Source: an uncultured Chloroflexia bacterium (GTDB lineage Bacteria > Chloroflexota > Limnocylindria > Limnocylindrales > CSP1-4). From it: a stretch of DNA of 64,000 nucleotides. A program made the position numbers and the translations under genes. How positions within the stretch are numbered: the stretch's first letter is position 1; each line of letters begins with the position of its first letter. The notes under the pieces were generated by a model. The model had not been told where the DNA came from and did no database searches. It saw only the letters and a list, made by a program, of their open reading frames with translations. The stretch covers positions 20,714 to 84,713 of the forward strand of contig CAWABZ010000004.1 of NCBI GenBank assembly GCA_963780425.1. Reading direction: 5' to 3'. This document shows positions 10,843 to 20,208 of the stretch, piece by piece.

Positions 10843-11520
10843 TGAACGACAGGTTCTCCGCCCAGCTCCGAAAGCACCTGCTCGACACGGCAGACGAGCG
10901 CCCGGCCGACGGTCGACTCGAAGCGATCGACGAGCGCGTCGCTGTCACGGCACAGCGGCCCCGACTCGTGGCACGGCTTGGGTGGTTCCCCGGGCGCGTC
11001 GACCCGTTCGCGTCTGGCGCGGTGCGCTATGCGCTCATCGCCGCCGCCCTGATCGTCGCAATCGTGGCGGCCGCGCTGGCTGCCGGAGTCGGGTCGCCCA
11101 GCGCGAGCGGCGCGCTCGGCGGCATCGTGCACTACCAGCTCGACGGAGCCCCCGCCACGACGGAGGTCGACGTCGTCGCCGATGGCGCGAGCGTGTCCGG
11201 CACGGCCGTCACGGCGTTCCGCGGAGGCACCCACAGCGTGCGGCTGGGGTGTGCCGCCCGGTACGGCGGTACATGGGTCCTCGGCGGCACGATCGAGAAG
11301 AGCACGGTCCCCGGCGAGTCTGCCGGCGCCTGGTCGGCGGTCACCGTCAAGGACGGCTCGCCCCAGCAGATCGCGGTCTGGCTCTCCGCCGGCACCCCCG
11401 AAGCCGGTGACTCCTGCGACGCCTTCCTGGCGTCGTTCGCGCCAGCCGAGCTCGAGCCTGGGGTCTTCAATCCCGTGGAGTCCGGGGTGCTGGTGCCCCC
11501 CGCCTGATCCCATCCCCTGA
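10839..11520 (+). CDS. Putative anti-sigma membrane protein (probable +1 C near 11500; as written stops at 11507)
   Basis: ATGA-coupled to sigma; short cytoplasmic N-terminus, TM helix YALIAAALIVAIVAAAL, C-terminal domain shared with the lipoprotein. Confidence 0.8.
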
Positions 11521-11612
11521 GCGCGAGCGAGGAGTGAACGCTTAGCGGCGTTCCGAGCGTCATTGAGGGTCGAGCGCGCCCGGACCATCGGGCGCGCTCG
11601 AAGACCTGGCGT
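11095..11612 (+). repeat. Direct repeat copy 2 (~518 bp)
   Basis: Matches 9660-10175. Confidence 0.95.
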
Positions 11613-11622
11613 CAGTCCCGGG

Positions 11623-11874
11623 CTAGCCCTTGACCACGCCCAGCGGCGTGAGCCGCTTGGTCGGCCGGACCAGGGACGCCGAGGCGGCCATGACCGACTC
11701 GATGTCCTTGTACGCGAAGGCGGCCTCCTCGGCGACGCCCTTCGGGTCCGACGAGCGAAGCACGACACCCAGGGTCGACATCTCGTCGTAGACCTCGCGC
11801 GAGGTCTTGGCCTTGCGGGCCGCGGTCCGGCTGAGCGCGCGACCGGCACCGTGCTGGCACGTCTCGAACGAGCG
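11623..11874 (-). pseudogene. rtcB: 3' remnant of RtcB RNA ligase
   Basis: Manual translation RSFETCQHGAGRALSRTAARK...GVAEEAAFAYKDIESVM...LTPLGVVKG*; HGAGR, EEAxxAYKDI and terminal VVKG are RtcB hallmarks; no start or 5' part. Confidence 0.85.
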
Positions 11875-11933
11875 CCACCTCGACGCCGGTCGCTCTACGG
11901 GTGGCCGGACCCTTTAGGACGTCCAGGCGTGAT

Positions 11934-12665
11934 TCACATCGCACCGAACCGGTCGAATGCGTCCGCGCTGCTGCTCCCGCCCACGATGTGGCGACGGACG
12001 AGGCTCTCGGTGTCGACCTTCTCGAGCGCCCGGCGGAGGACCTCCTCCGCAGCGACCTGCGGGACGACACAAACGCCGTCGAGGTCTCCGAACACGAAGT
12101 CTCCGGGCTGGACGGTGGCCGCGCCGATCGTCACCGTCGTGCGGTAGGCGACGACGCGGCCGCGAGGCCGCTGGTCCTGGCCGTATCCGCCGTACGAGAA
12201 GGTCGGGAACCCGAGCGACCGGATCTCGCGTGTGTCACGCGAATAACCGTCGAGCACCGCACCGGCCCCCCCGACGACGATCGCTCGGTTGCTCATCAGG
12301 CCGCCCCACAGCGCGTACGAGGGCGACGCGCCCGTCGCGACGTATACCTCGCCGGGCTGGAGACTGTCGAGCGCCTCGAACATGAGGCCGAAAGGCTTGT
12401 CGAGCCGCCCGTCGCGGGGGCTGCCCGCGTCGTCGGGCTCGATGTCCGCCTCCAGTACGGGCATGGCACGGCCGAAGACGATCATGTCATCGCTCAACGG
12501 GCGGATCCGCGGCGGCAGGAACTGGCGCTGCAGCCCGAGCGCGTCCATGACGTCGCCCAGGACGGAGCTGAACAGCCGCTTCCGCACATCCTCGAGCAAC
12601 TCGGGATCGGGAGCCCATCGGCTGCTCTCTGAGATCGGGCGCGGATCCGTCTCTTCCGTCGTCAC
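11934..12665 (-). CDS. RraA/HMG-aldolase family protein
   Basis: VLGDVMD, ALWGGLMS, GAVLDGYSRDTREI, VQPGDFVFGDLDGVCVVP. Confidence 0.88.
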   Translation of the reverse strand: MTTEETDPRPISESSRWAPDPELLEDVRKRLFSSVLGDVMDALGLQRQFLPPRIRPLSDDMIVFGRAMPVLEADIEPDDAGSPRDGRLDKPFGLMFEALDSLQPGEVYVATGASPSYALWGGLMSNRAIVVGGAGAVLDGYSRDTREIRSLGFPTFSYGGYGQDQRPRGRVVAYRTTVTIGAATVQPGDFVFGDLDGVCVVPQVAAEEVLRRALEKVDTESLVRRHIVGGSSSADAFDRFGAM

Positions 12666-12839
12666 GACAGTTTCGCTCGGGGGAGGGTCTCGACGATCTC
12701 GACGCGTGGCTCGACGATCGCGGCCTCGGCTGCGGCCCCCTTTGCTGCGCTCGCGGCAGACGGGCGCCCGAGGACATCGGTCGCAACCACCCGCACGATC
12801 TTCACCCCGAGGCCTCGAGCAGACGTGGTGTAAGACACG

Positions 12840-12868
12840 TTGACATCATGACATGTTGGGCCTACCGT
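12840..12868 (+). promoter_or_regulatory. Sigma-70 promoter with overlapping near-palindrome (candidate FadR operator)
   Basis: TTGACA-N17-TACCGT; ACATCATGACATGT at 12843-12856. Confidence 0.6.
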
Positions 12869-12921
12869 GGCGAGATGTGATCGTGGCGCTCTCGTTGAGG
12901 CGGCACAAGGAGGAGGCAGCG

Positions 12922-14265
12922 ATGCACTCGAAGGCCGCGCGAACGTGGTTCGTCGTCATCGTTTCTGTAGCCCTCATGGGGTGCGCGACCGGCGCAGCAC
13001 CTTCTGGGAGCCCGGCGCCGAGTGTCAGCGGAACGACGGCGCCCGATGCGAGCGCGCCGCCGCTGGGCGACGTGACGCTCACGATGTGGCAGCACTCGTA
13101 CCCGCCGCTCAACGACTTCACGAAGAAGCAGATCGAGGCGTTCCAGTCGGAGAACCCAAACATCAAGGTGAACTTCGAACTCGTGCCGTTCGAGGAATAC
13201 AACCAGAAGATCCTCACCGCGCTCGCTGCCGGTCAGGCGCCGAACGTCTTCGAGTCAGATGACTACACGTTCGCCCAGTTCACCCAGAACAGCGCGCTGG
13301 CGCCCATCGACCCGACCTTGCTCGGTTTCGCCGACGTCGCCGCGCTGACTGCCGGGTACGAGCCGAATTCGCTGGGGCTCGTGACTGCGGATGGCATCGT
13401 CTACGGCCTGCCCTACGACTGGGAGGCGCCGGTCGTGGGATACAGCCTCGGCCTGACGGGCGACAAGGGCGTCGACCCACGGTCCTTCAAGACGTGGGCG
13501 GACCTGATGACCGCGGCGCAGTCGATGTCGGTCAAGGAAGGGCCGAACCTGAGCACATCCGGCTTCGCCTTCGTCCACAACATCGACGTCTACTACCAGC
13601 TGCAAGGCACGACGCTGCTCAACCAGGCTGGGGTCGACGTCCTCAACGAGGACGGGACGGCCGCGGCGATCAACCGTCCCGAGGCGACCCAGGTCTTCGA
13701 ACTGTGGCGGGATGCGATCTGGAAATACGGGGCGACCTCGCCGTCGTTCACCTCGACGTTCTACACGGAGGAGTTCGGCCAGGGCAAGGTCGCGATGGGC
13801 TTCATGCTGGTGTGGGCGAACTCGATCCTTGCGCCGGCCGGCTACAAGAACGGCGAGCAATTCGATATCGCGTTGCTCCCGACGTTCGACGGGTCGGCCA
13901 AGCAATCCGTCAGCTATGCATGGAACTGGACCCTGAACGCGAAGAACGCGGCCGACCAGAACCAGGCCGGGCACATGCTCCTCGACTACCTGTCGCAGCA
14001 GGGTGCCACCGAGCTGGCGGAGGCCGGCCTGATCAACCCGCGCACTGGCTGGCGTGACAGCGTCGAGGCTGACGTGCTCGACGACTACACCGAGATCATG
14101 GAATCGCTCGCGAACTCGCGACCAATCCGACCCAACGTGAAGTTCAACGAGGTGTGGGCGCCGGTCACCGACCTGTTCAAGGCCCTCGAGACCGACCAGG
14201 CGACGGACATCGCCGCCGGGTTGGCCGCAGCCGAACAGGAGATCAACGCGATCCTGGCTCGGTAG
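12922..14265 (+). CDS. Sugar ABC transporter substrate-binding lipoprotein
   Basis: AGGAGG RBS, lipobox ALMGC, KILTALAAGQAPNVF, DGIVYGLP. Confidence 0.9.
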   Translation: MHSKAARTWFVVIVSVALMGCATGAAPSGSPAPSVSGTTAPDASAPPLGDVTLTMWQHSYPPLNDFTKKQIEAFQSENPNIKVNFELVPFEEYNQKILTALAAGQAPNVFESDDYTFAQFTQNSALAPIDPTLLGFADVAALTAGYEPNSLGLVTADGIVYGLPYDWEAPVVGYSLGLTGDKGVDPRSFKTWADLMTAAQSMSVKEGPNLSTSGFAFVHNIDVYYQLQGTTLLNQAGVDVLNEDGTAAAINRPEATQVFELWRDAIWKYGATSPSFTSTFYTEEFGQGKVAMGFMLVWANSILAPAGYKNGEQFDIALLPTFDGSAKQSVSYAWNWTLNAKNAADQNQAGHMLLDYLSQQGATELAEAGLINPRTGWRDSVEADVLDDYTEIMESLANSRPIRPNVKFNEVWAPVTDLFKALETDQATDIAAGLAAAEQEINAILAR

Positions 14266-14357
14266 GCGCCGCCGACCGAGTCCTGGCTCCTCCGGCGCGG
14301 GTCACCGGGAATGCCCCCATCCCGGTGGCCTGCGTCGCCTACGATCGCGTTCTCCTG

Positions 14358-15280
14358 ATGTCCGCCCGACCGCCGATGCCCTCCCGGTTCCGCGCCATCG
14401 CGGCCGGTCGGCGGCCTGTCATCTGGCCGTACCTGTTCCTCGCGCCGAGCCTGGTCGTCATCGGGCGCATTCCTGCTGTACCCCACGATCAGGTCCGTCT
14501 GGTTGAGTTTCACGGATTACAACTTCCTCAGCTCGCCAGTCTTCGTGGGAGCGGACAACTACCTCGAGATCGTCGCCAGCCCAGCGTTCCACAACTCGCT
14601 TCTGGTAACCCTCTACTACGTCCTGGGTACGACCGTGGTGGTGATCCCGTCGGCCTTCCTCCTCGCTCTTGGGCTCCGGTCCATCGGCCGCTTCCAGGCC
14701 CTATTCCGGGCCATCTTCTTCGCGCCGGTCGTGCTGTCGACCGTGATCGCCAGCGTGCTGTTCGTATCGGTCTTCCACCCGTTTGGCGGCGTCCTCAAGC
14801 TCCTCCCGCTGCCGTTCGGCCTCTCGGACGCGAACTGGTACCGAACGCCGGAGCTGGTCGTGCCCGGCCTGATCCTGTTCTCGGCCTGGAAGGGGATGGG
14901 CATCTACATCGTGATCTTCCTGGCCGCCCTCGAGACGCTGCCGACCGATGTCGTCGAGGCCGCCCGTGTCGATGGTGCGAGCCGCCTGCAGTCGCTGCGC
15001 CATATCGTGGTGCCGCTGCTGAGGCCGATCTTCCTGTTCGCCGCGGTCATCAGCCTCGTGTACGGATTCCAGAACTTCGCGATCGTGTTCACGTCGACGA
15101 AGGGCGGGCCGGGCGACGCGAGCGAGATCCTGCCCGATCCTCGTATATGAGTCCGGCTTCGAGTTCTTCCGGATGGGGTACGCCTCGGCGCTCGCGATGG
15201 TCATGTTCCTGATCATCGCGGTCCTCAGCCTCGTCCAGTTCCGGCTGTTCCGCTCTGACACCACGGAGGCGGTGCTGTGA
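14358..15280 (+). CDS. Carbohydrate ABC permease (frameshifts near 14465 and 15140)
   Basis: PYLFLAPSL, FVGADNY, EAARVDGA loop, MGYASALA. Confidence 0.88.
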
Positions 15281-16116
15281 GAGCCGGCGCCACGGACCGC
15301 GTCACGCGGATCGCGATCCTGACGGCCCTGACGCTCGTCGCGGTCCTGTTCCTCCTGCCGATCGCCTGGTGGGTGAGCTACGCGGTGCGCGGGACGGCCG
15401 GCCTGGTCAGCAAGCCGTTGATCGAAACCTGGATCCCGTCGGAGTTCCAGTTCCTCGAGAACCTGGCGACGGCGTTCGATCTTTACCCGCTCGAGACTTT
15501 CTTCGTCAATTCGGTGCTGGTGAGTGGCGCCGTGACGGTCGCGGAGGTGCTGCTCGCCTCGATGGCCGGCTACGCGTTCGCCCGTTTCCGATTTCCGGGA
15601 CGAAACCTGTTGTTCATCCTCGTCATGGCGATGCTGATGGTGCCGCAGATCGTGCTGATCATCCCGCTCTTCGAGCTCATGGTCGGGCTCCAGCTCGCCA
15701 ACACCCTGCCGGCGCTCGCTATCCCGTTCCTCGTGTCTCCGTTCGGCATCTTCCTGATGCGCCAGTTCATGGGAACGATCCCGCGCGAGTACTTCGAGGC
15801 GGCTCGGGTCGAAGGCGCGGGCGAGTTCCGCATCTTCGCGACCATCGCACTGCCGCTGACGCGGAACGCAGCCCTGACGCTGGCGATCTTCACGTTCCTC
15901 CTTCAATTCGACTCGCTGCTCTGGCCGCTCGTCGCGACATCGAACCAAGCGAGCTACACGCTCGCCGTCGGTGTCTCGCTGCTCCAGACGAACGTGCAGG
16001 TCCCGTACAACGCGATCTACGCCGCGACGCTTGCCTTCTCCCTGCCGGTGCTCGTGCTCTATCTCCTGCTCCAGCGTCAGTTCATGCGCGGCCTGTCGTT
16101 CGGGGGCCTCAAATGA
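15277..16116 (+). CDS. Carbohydrate ABC permease
   Basis: AGYAFARFRFPGR, EAARVEGA, QRQFMRGL. Confidence 0.92.
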   Translation: MRAGATDRVTRIAILTALTLVAVLFLLPIAWWVSYAVRGTAGLVSKPLIETWIPSEFQFLENLATAFDLYPLETFFVNSVLVSGAVTVAEVLLASMAGYAFARFRFPGRNLLFILVMAMLMVPQIVLIIPLFELMVGLQLANTLPALAIPFLVSPFGIFLMRQFMGTIPREYFEAARVEGAGEFRIFATIALPLTRNAALTLAIFTFLLQFDSLLWPLVATSNQASYTLAVGVSLLQTNVQVPYNAIYAATLAFSLPVLVLYLLLQRQFMRGLSFGGLK

Positions 16117-17165
16117 CGCCGCCGCGATCGACACGGTCGATCGTCGGAGCTTTCCAGTTCGCCGAAGCCGTGAAGGAGATCTCCGACGCCGACCTGCGGG
16201 ATCTGCGCTCGTGGGGCGTGGACACCGTGCTGACCGAGGGCGACGTCTACGATGCCGACGCCATCCGGCGCGTCCGGGAGTCCGGGATCCGCTTCGTCGC
16301 CGGCCTTTCGGCGTTCTCGGACCATGCCAACGGCAACGCGCTGCTGAAGGCCCGGCCCGACCTCCACCCGATCGACGAGATCGGGGCGACCCCGAGCCCA
16401 GATCGAGTGGTACGTCGGCGTCACGCCGTCGATCGCGGATCACCGGGAGGCGCGGACCCGGGCCGCCGAGGCGATCGTCCGCGAGCACGAGGTCGACGGG
16501 CTCATGCTCGACTTCGTCCGATGGCCGCTGCACTGGGAGCTCGAGCTCCGCCCCGACGCGCCCCGACCGGCGGCGAGCTCGTTCGACCCGGTCACGCTCG
16601 ACGAATTCCAGCGCTGGCGCGGGGCTGGCACTCCCGGCAGAAGCGGATGGACCGGCGTCCGCCGCTGCCTGGATCCTGCGGCATGCCCGCGACGAGTGGA
16701 CGGCGTACCGTTGTGCCGTGGTGACCGCGTTCGTCGAGGAGGTCGCCCGCCGAGTGCGCGCCATCCGCCCAGACCTAATGGTCGGCGCGTTCGTGGTCCC
16801 GCTGCCACCCGCCGAGCTCGCCGAGGCCGTCGGCCAGGACGTGGCGGCGCTGAGCCGGGTCGTCGACCTGCTCGCGCCGATGACGTACCACGCCATCCTC
16901 CATCGAGATCCCGCGTGGGTCCGTGACACGACGGAGGCGATCGCCGCCGCCGCGGACTGCCGGGTCGTGCCTGTCGTCCAGGTCGACTCCGCGGACGGAC
17001 CGGCGTTCGATGCGGACTGGGGACCCCCGTCCCAACCGAGGAGTGGCGAGAGGTGGCACGGGCGGCGTGGGCACCGCTGGGGGCCTGATCGCCTTCCCGG
17101 GTGGGGCGCTGGCGCGCGACGGCCGGGGTGAGGCGCTGGCCGGCGTCGCCGGACGACTGCCATGA
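16113..17165 (+). CDS. Putative GHL10-like TIM-barrel glycoside hydrolase (several frameshifts)
   Basis: Pieces across frames: WGVDTVL, EWYVGVTPS, EVDGLMLDFVRWP, VGQDVAALSRVVDLLAPMTYH. Confidence 0.5.
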
Positions 17166-17908
17166 CGCGGGTCGAGAAGTTGACCTACCGGTCGATGGCG
17201 GACCAGGCGGCCGAGGCGTTGTCGGCCTACATCATCACCGAGGGCCTGCAGCCGGGCGGGCTCCTGCCGCTCCGAGGGCCAGCTAGCCGAGCAGTTCGGT
17301 GTCAGCCGGCCGGTGATCCGCGAGGCGCTCCGCGTGCTCGCCGGCACCGGCCTTATCGAGATCGTGAAGGGCAAGGGGTCCGTCGTCCGGCCGATCGACG
17401 CAAACCCGCTCCTCGTCTTCTTCGACCGGGCGGCGAGCATGGATCATCGATTCGATCGTCGAGCTCGTGGAGGTTCGACGCGGGATCGAATTGGAGAGCG
17501 CGCGGTTGGCCGCGACCCGCCGGACCAAGGAGGAGGGGGCGGTGCTCGCCGAGCTCGCGGAGCGGATGCGGCAGCGCCATCGATGACCCGGATACCTATG
17601 CCGAACTCGACGTCGAGTTCCACCTCGCCATCGCCGCGGCGAGTCACAACCGGATGATCCGGCACCTCGTCTCGTCGCTCCGCGGCGCGCTCCACGAGAC
17701 GATCCGCGAGGGCCTCCGTGCGCGTCAGAGCAGGGCACAGTTCGAGCGTGTCCAGCAGCTCCACGAGGAGCTCTGCCGTCGGGTCGTCGCGGGCGACGCG
17801 CCCGGCGCGCAGAAGGCGATGCTTGCGCACTTCGATGAGGCGGTCGATGTCCTTGTCCGTCGCCGGGGAACGCCAGGTGACGGTGGCACCGCCCGGCGGG
17901 GGCGGTGA
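17162..17908 (+). CDS. GntR/FadR family regulator (internal frameshifts)
   Basis: LAEQFGVSRPVIREALRVL HTH in alternate frame; FCD DVEFHLAIAAASHN...AMLAH. Confidence 0.85.
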   Translation: MTRVEKLTYRSMADQAAEALSAYIITEGLQPGGLLPLRGPASRAVRCQPAGDPRGAPRARRHRPYRDREGQGVRRPADRRKPAPRLLRPGGEHGSSIRSSSSWRFDAGSNWRARGWPRPAGPRRRGRCSPSSRSGCGSAIDDPDTYAELDVEFHLAIAAASHNRMIRHLVSSLRGALHETIREGLRARQSRAQFERVQQLHEELCRRVVAGDAPGAQKAMLAHFDEAVDVLVRRRGTPGDGGTARRGR

Positions 17909-19155
17909 GCTCGACGGAAGAGCCTTCGCGCCGGGCATTCGAGCGCTATGCGTTCGCCTTCATCGGCGACCTGTTCGACGAGGGTCTGGACCCGACGCTC
18001 GAAGCCCTGGCGAATGACGGGTTCACGGCGATCGCGCCGGCGGTGCTCTACCACCACGGGCGCGACATCCTGCCCCACAACCCGCGGCGAGTCGTCCGGT
18101 TCCACGACGGAGGCGCCAGCCACGTCGCCGTCGAGCCGCCGGCTGGTCGCGGCATCCGCCTGCCGTCGACACGTCTCGCGGCCGGTCGCCCTCTCGAGCG
18201 GATCGTCGAGCGGGCTGGCCGACACGGCCAGGCCGTCTTCCCGTGGATCGTCCTGACCCATAACAGCCGCGTAGGCGCCACGCACCGGACGGCGACCGTG
18301 CGCAACGCGTTCGGCGACCGGATCGAGCACGCCCTGTGTCCGGCCAACCCGCAGGTCGTCGACCTGGCCGAACGGGTCGTGCGGGCCGTCGCTCGACAGG
18401 GCGCCGCCGGGATCGTCGTCGAGGCGGTCGGGTACGGTGAGCTGGACCATGGCTACCACCACGAGCGGTCCGTCGTTCAGACCTCCACGGGGCTGCGTTT
18501 CATCCTGGGGATCTGCCTCTGCGAGTGGTGCGACCGAGCCGGGCGCTCGGCGGGGGTCGACACGGCGTTGCTCCGCGAGCGGATCACCGAGCTGGGGCGC
18601 CGCGAGCTGGGCGGCGGCGCCCCGATCGGATCGGTTCGTCGGGATAGCGTCGAAGAGGTCGCCGAAGGCGAGTTGGGCCGGTTCCTCGAGGCGCGCCAGG
18701 GTCTCGTCGGAGAGCTCGTATCACGGATCGTGGAGGCAGCGAGGGCGGAGGGCATCCGTCGGGTCACGATCCTCGACCAGGCCGGCGGGATCCTCGGGTA
18801 CGCGACGGGTCGCCCGGATCCAGCCGCTGCGGCCGCGGAGCTTGGCTGGCGCACGGGTCTCGATGCCGCCAGCGTGGCTCGCCGAGGCGCCAACGTGGGC
18901 GTGCTCGGTTATGTCGCAGATGACGCCCGACTGGCCAGTGAGCTGGGGTCCTATCGCACGCGCATCGGGCGTGATGGCCGGATGGACGTCATCCTCCGAC
19001 CGATGGCCCCGGACGTGCGCACGGCCCGCGACCTTGCCGCCCACGTGACGACGGCGACGAACGCCGGTGCGGTCGGGCTGGGCCTGTACCACCTCAATCT
19101 CGCAAGCCGCGCCGCGTGGTCGCGGGTGGCCGGGGTGTTCAACGAGCGTCATTAG
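17905..19155 (+). CDS. Uncharacterised TIM-barrel (glycoside hydrolase-like) protein
   Basis: YHHGRDILPHNP, WIVLTHNSR, NAFGD..EHALCPANP, HGYHHE, CLCEWC; GTGA-coupled in operon. Confidence 0.6.
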   Translation: MSSTEEPSRRAFERYAFAFIGDLFDEGLDPTLEALANDGFTAIAPAVLYHHGRDILPHNPRRVVRFHDGGASHVAVEPPAGRGIRLPSTRLAAGRPLERIVERAGRHGQAVFPWIVLTHNSRVGATHRTATVRNAFGDRIEHALCPANPQVVDLAERVVRAVARQGAAGIVVEAVGYGELDHGYHHERSVVQTSTGLRFILGICLCEWCDRAGRSAGVDTALLRERITELGRRELGGGAPIGSVRRDSVEEVAEGELGRFLEARQGLVGELVSRIVEAARAEGIRRVTILDQAGGILGYATGRPDPAAAAAELGWRTGLDAASVARRGANVGVLGYVADDARLASELGSYRTRIGRDGRMDVILRPMAPDVRTARDLAAHVTTATNAGAVGLGLYHLNLASRAAWSRVAGVFNERH

Positions 19156-19178
19156 ACCTGGACTCAGGAGGCGGATGC

Positions 19179-20027
19179 ATGGGAGCAGAGATGGATGGCG
19201 CATCGACCCAGGGAGTGGCTGTCGTCACCGCCAGCGGAGCGGGCATCGGTGCGGCGACCGCCGCTGCGCTCACGGCCGCAGGGTGGCAGGTCGTCGCCGT
19301 GGATGTCGACGCAGACGGACTCGAGGAGCTCTCGTCGGGCGGGTCATGCGCGGCCACCGTCGTCGGTGACGTGGCATCCGACGAGGTCCTCGTCGAAGCT
19401 CGCCGGACCGCTGAAGGACTCGGCCGCCTCGCGGGCTGGGTCAACAACGCCGGGATCAACCAGCGCCGGCGGATCGACGTCCTAGAGCCAGATGTCGTCC
19501 AGCGGATCGTCGACGTCAGCCTCATGGCCACCTTCCGCGGGTCGCAGCTCGCCATCCAGTCGTTCCTCGCCCATGGCACCGCGGGGGCGATCGTCAACGT
19601 GTCGTCCGTGCACGGCCGCTTCGCCTTCCCTGGCTGTGCCGTTTACGACATGTGCAAGGGCGGCGTCGAGGCACTGACCCGCTACCTAGCAGTCGAGTAC
19701 GGCCCCCTGGGGATCCGGGCGAATGCGGTCGCTCCGGGCGCCGTCCGGACCAAGGCCGTCGAGAGGTTCATCGGCACAAGCGCCGATCCTGCGCGCACCC
19801 GTTGGGAATCGGAGAACCTCGCGCCAAGCGGGCGGATGGCGGAGCCGGTCGAGGTCGGCGAACTGATCGCGTTCCTGATGGGCCCGGGCGCCAGCGCGAT
19901 CAGCGGGCAGGTGGTCGGCGTGGACGGCGGGTCGTCCGCGCGCTGCTATCGCTACGAACCCGACTCGGACCTGTTGGCTCGGTACGGTCCCGCGTTCGCC
20001 GCGTCATCGGCGGCTGTCGACGGGTAG
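19179..20027 (+). CDS. SDR family oxidoreductase
   Basis: TASGAGIG, VNNAG, IVNVSS, YDMCK, GIRANAVAPG. Confidence 0.92.
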   Translation: MGAEMDGASTQGVAVVTASGAGIGAATAAALTAAGWQVVAVDVDADGLEELSSGGSCAATVVGDVASDEVLVEARRTAEGLGRLAGWVNNAGINQRRRIDVLEPDVVQRIVDVSLMATFRGSQLAIQSFLAHGTAGAIVNVSSVHGRFAFPGCAVYDMCKGGVEALTRYLAVEYGPLGIRANAVAPGAVRTKAVERFIGTSADPARTRWESENLAPSGRMAEPVEVGELIAFLMGPGASAISGQVVGVDGGSSARCYRYEPDSDLLARYGPAFAASSAAVDG

Positions 20028-20208
20028 GCCACCTCGAGACAGACACAACGAAACCGGCCCGTCGGATGGAGGAGCTGATCCAGGCGGACCCGCTCTATAG
20101 CCCGTACAAGGCAAGCGGAAGAAGTCAGCCTGACCTACCACCCATCACGGATTGCAATCAGAAAGCCGGATCTGACGATCCGTCTTTCGTTAGGGAACGA
20201 CCAGCACG

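Noticed and set aside
9660-11612. Repeat pair as DGR template/variable region
   Set aside because: Differences are not adenine-specific in either copy, both copies are coding, and no reverse transcriptase is present
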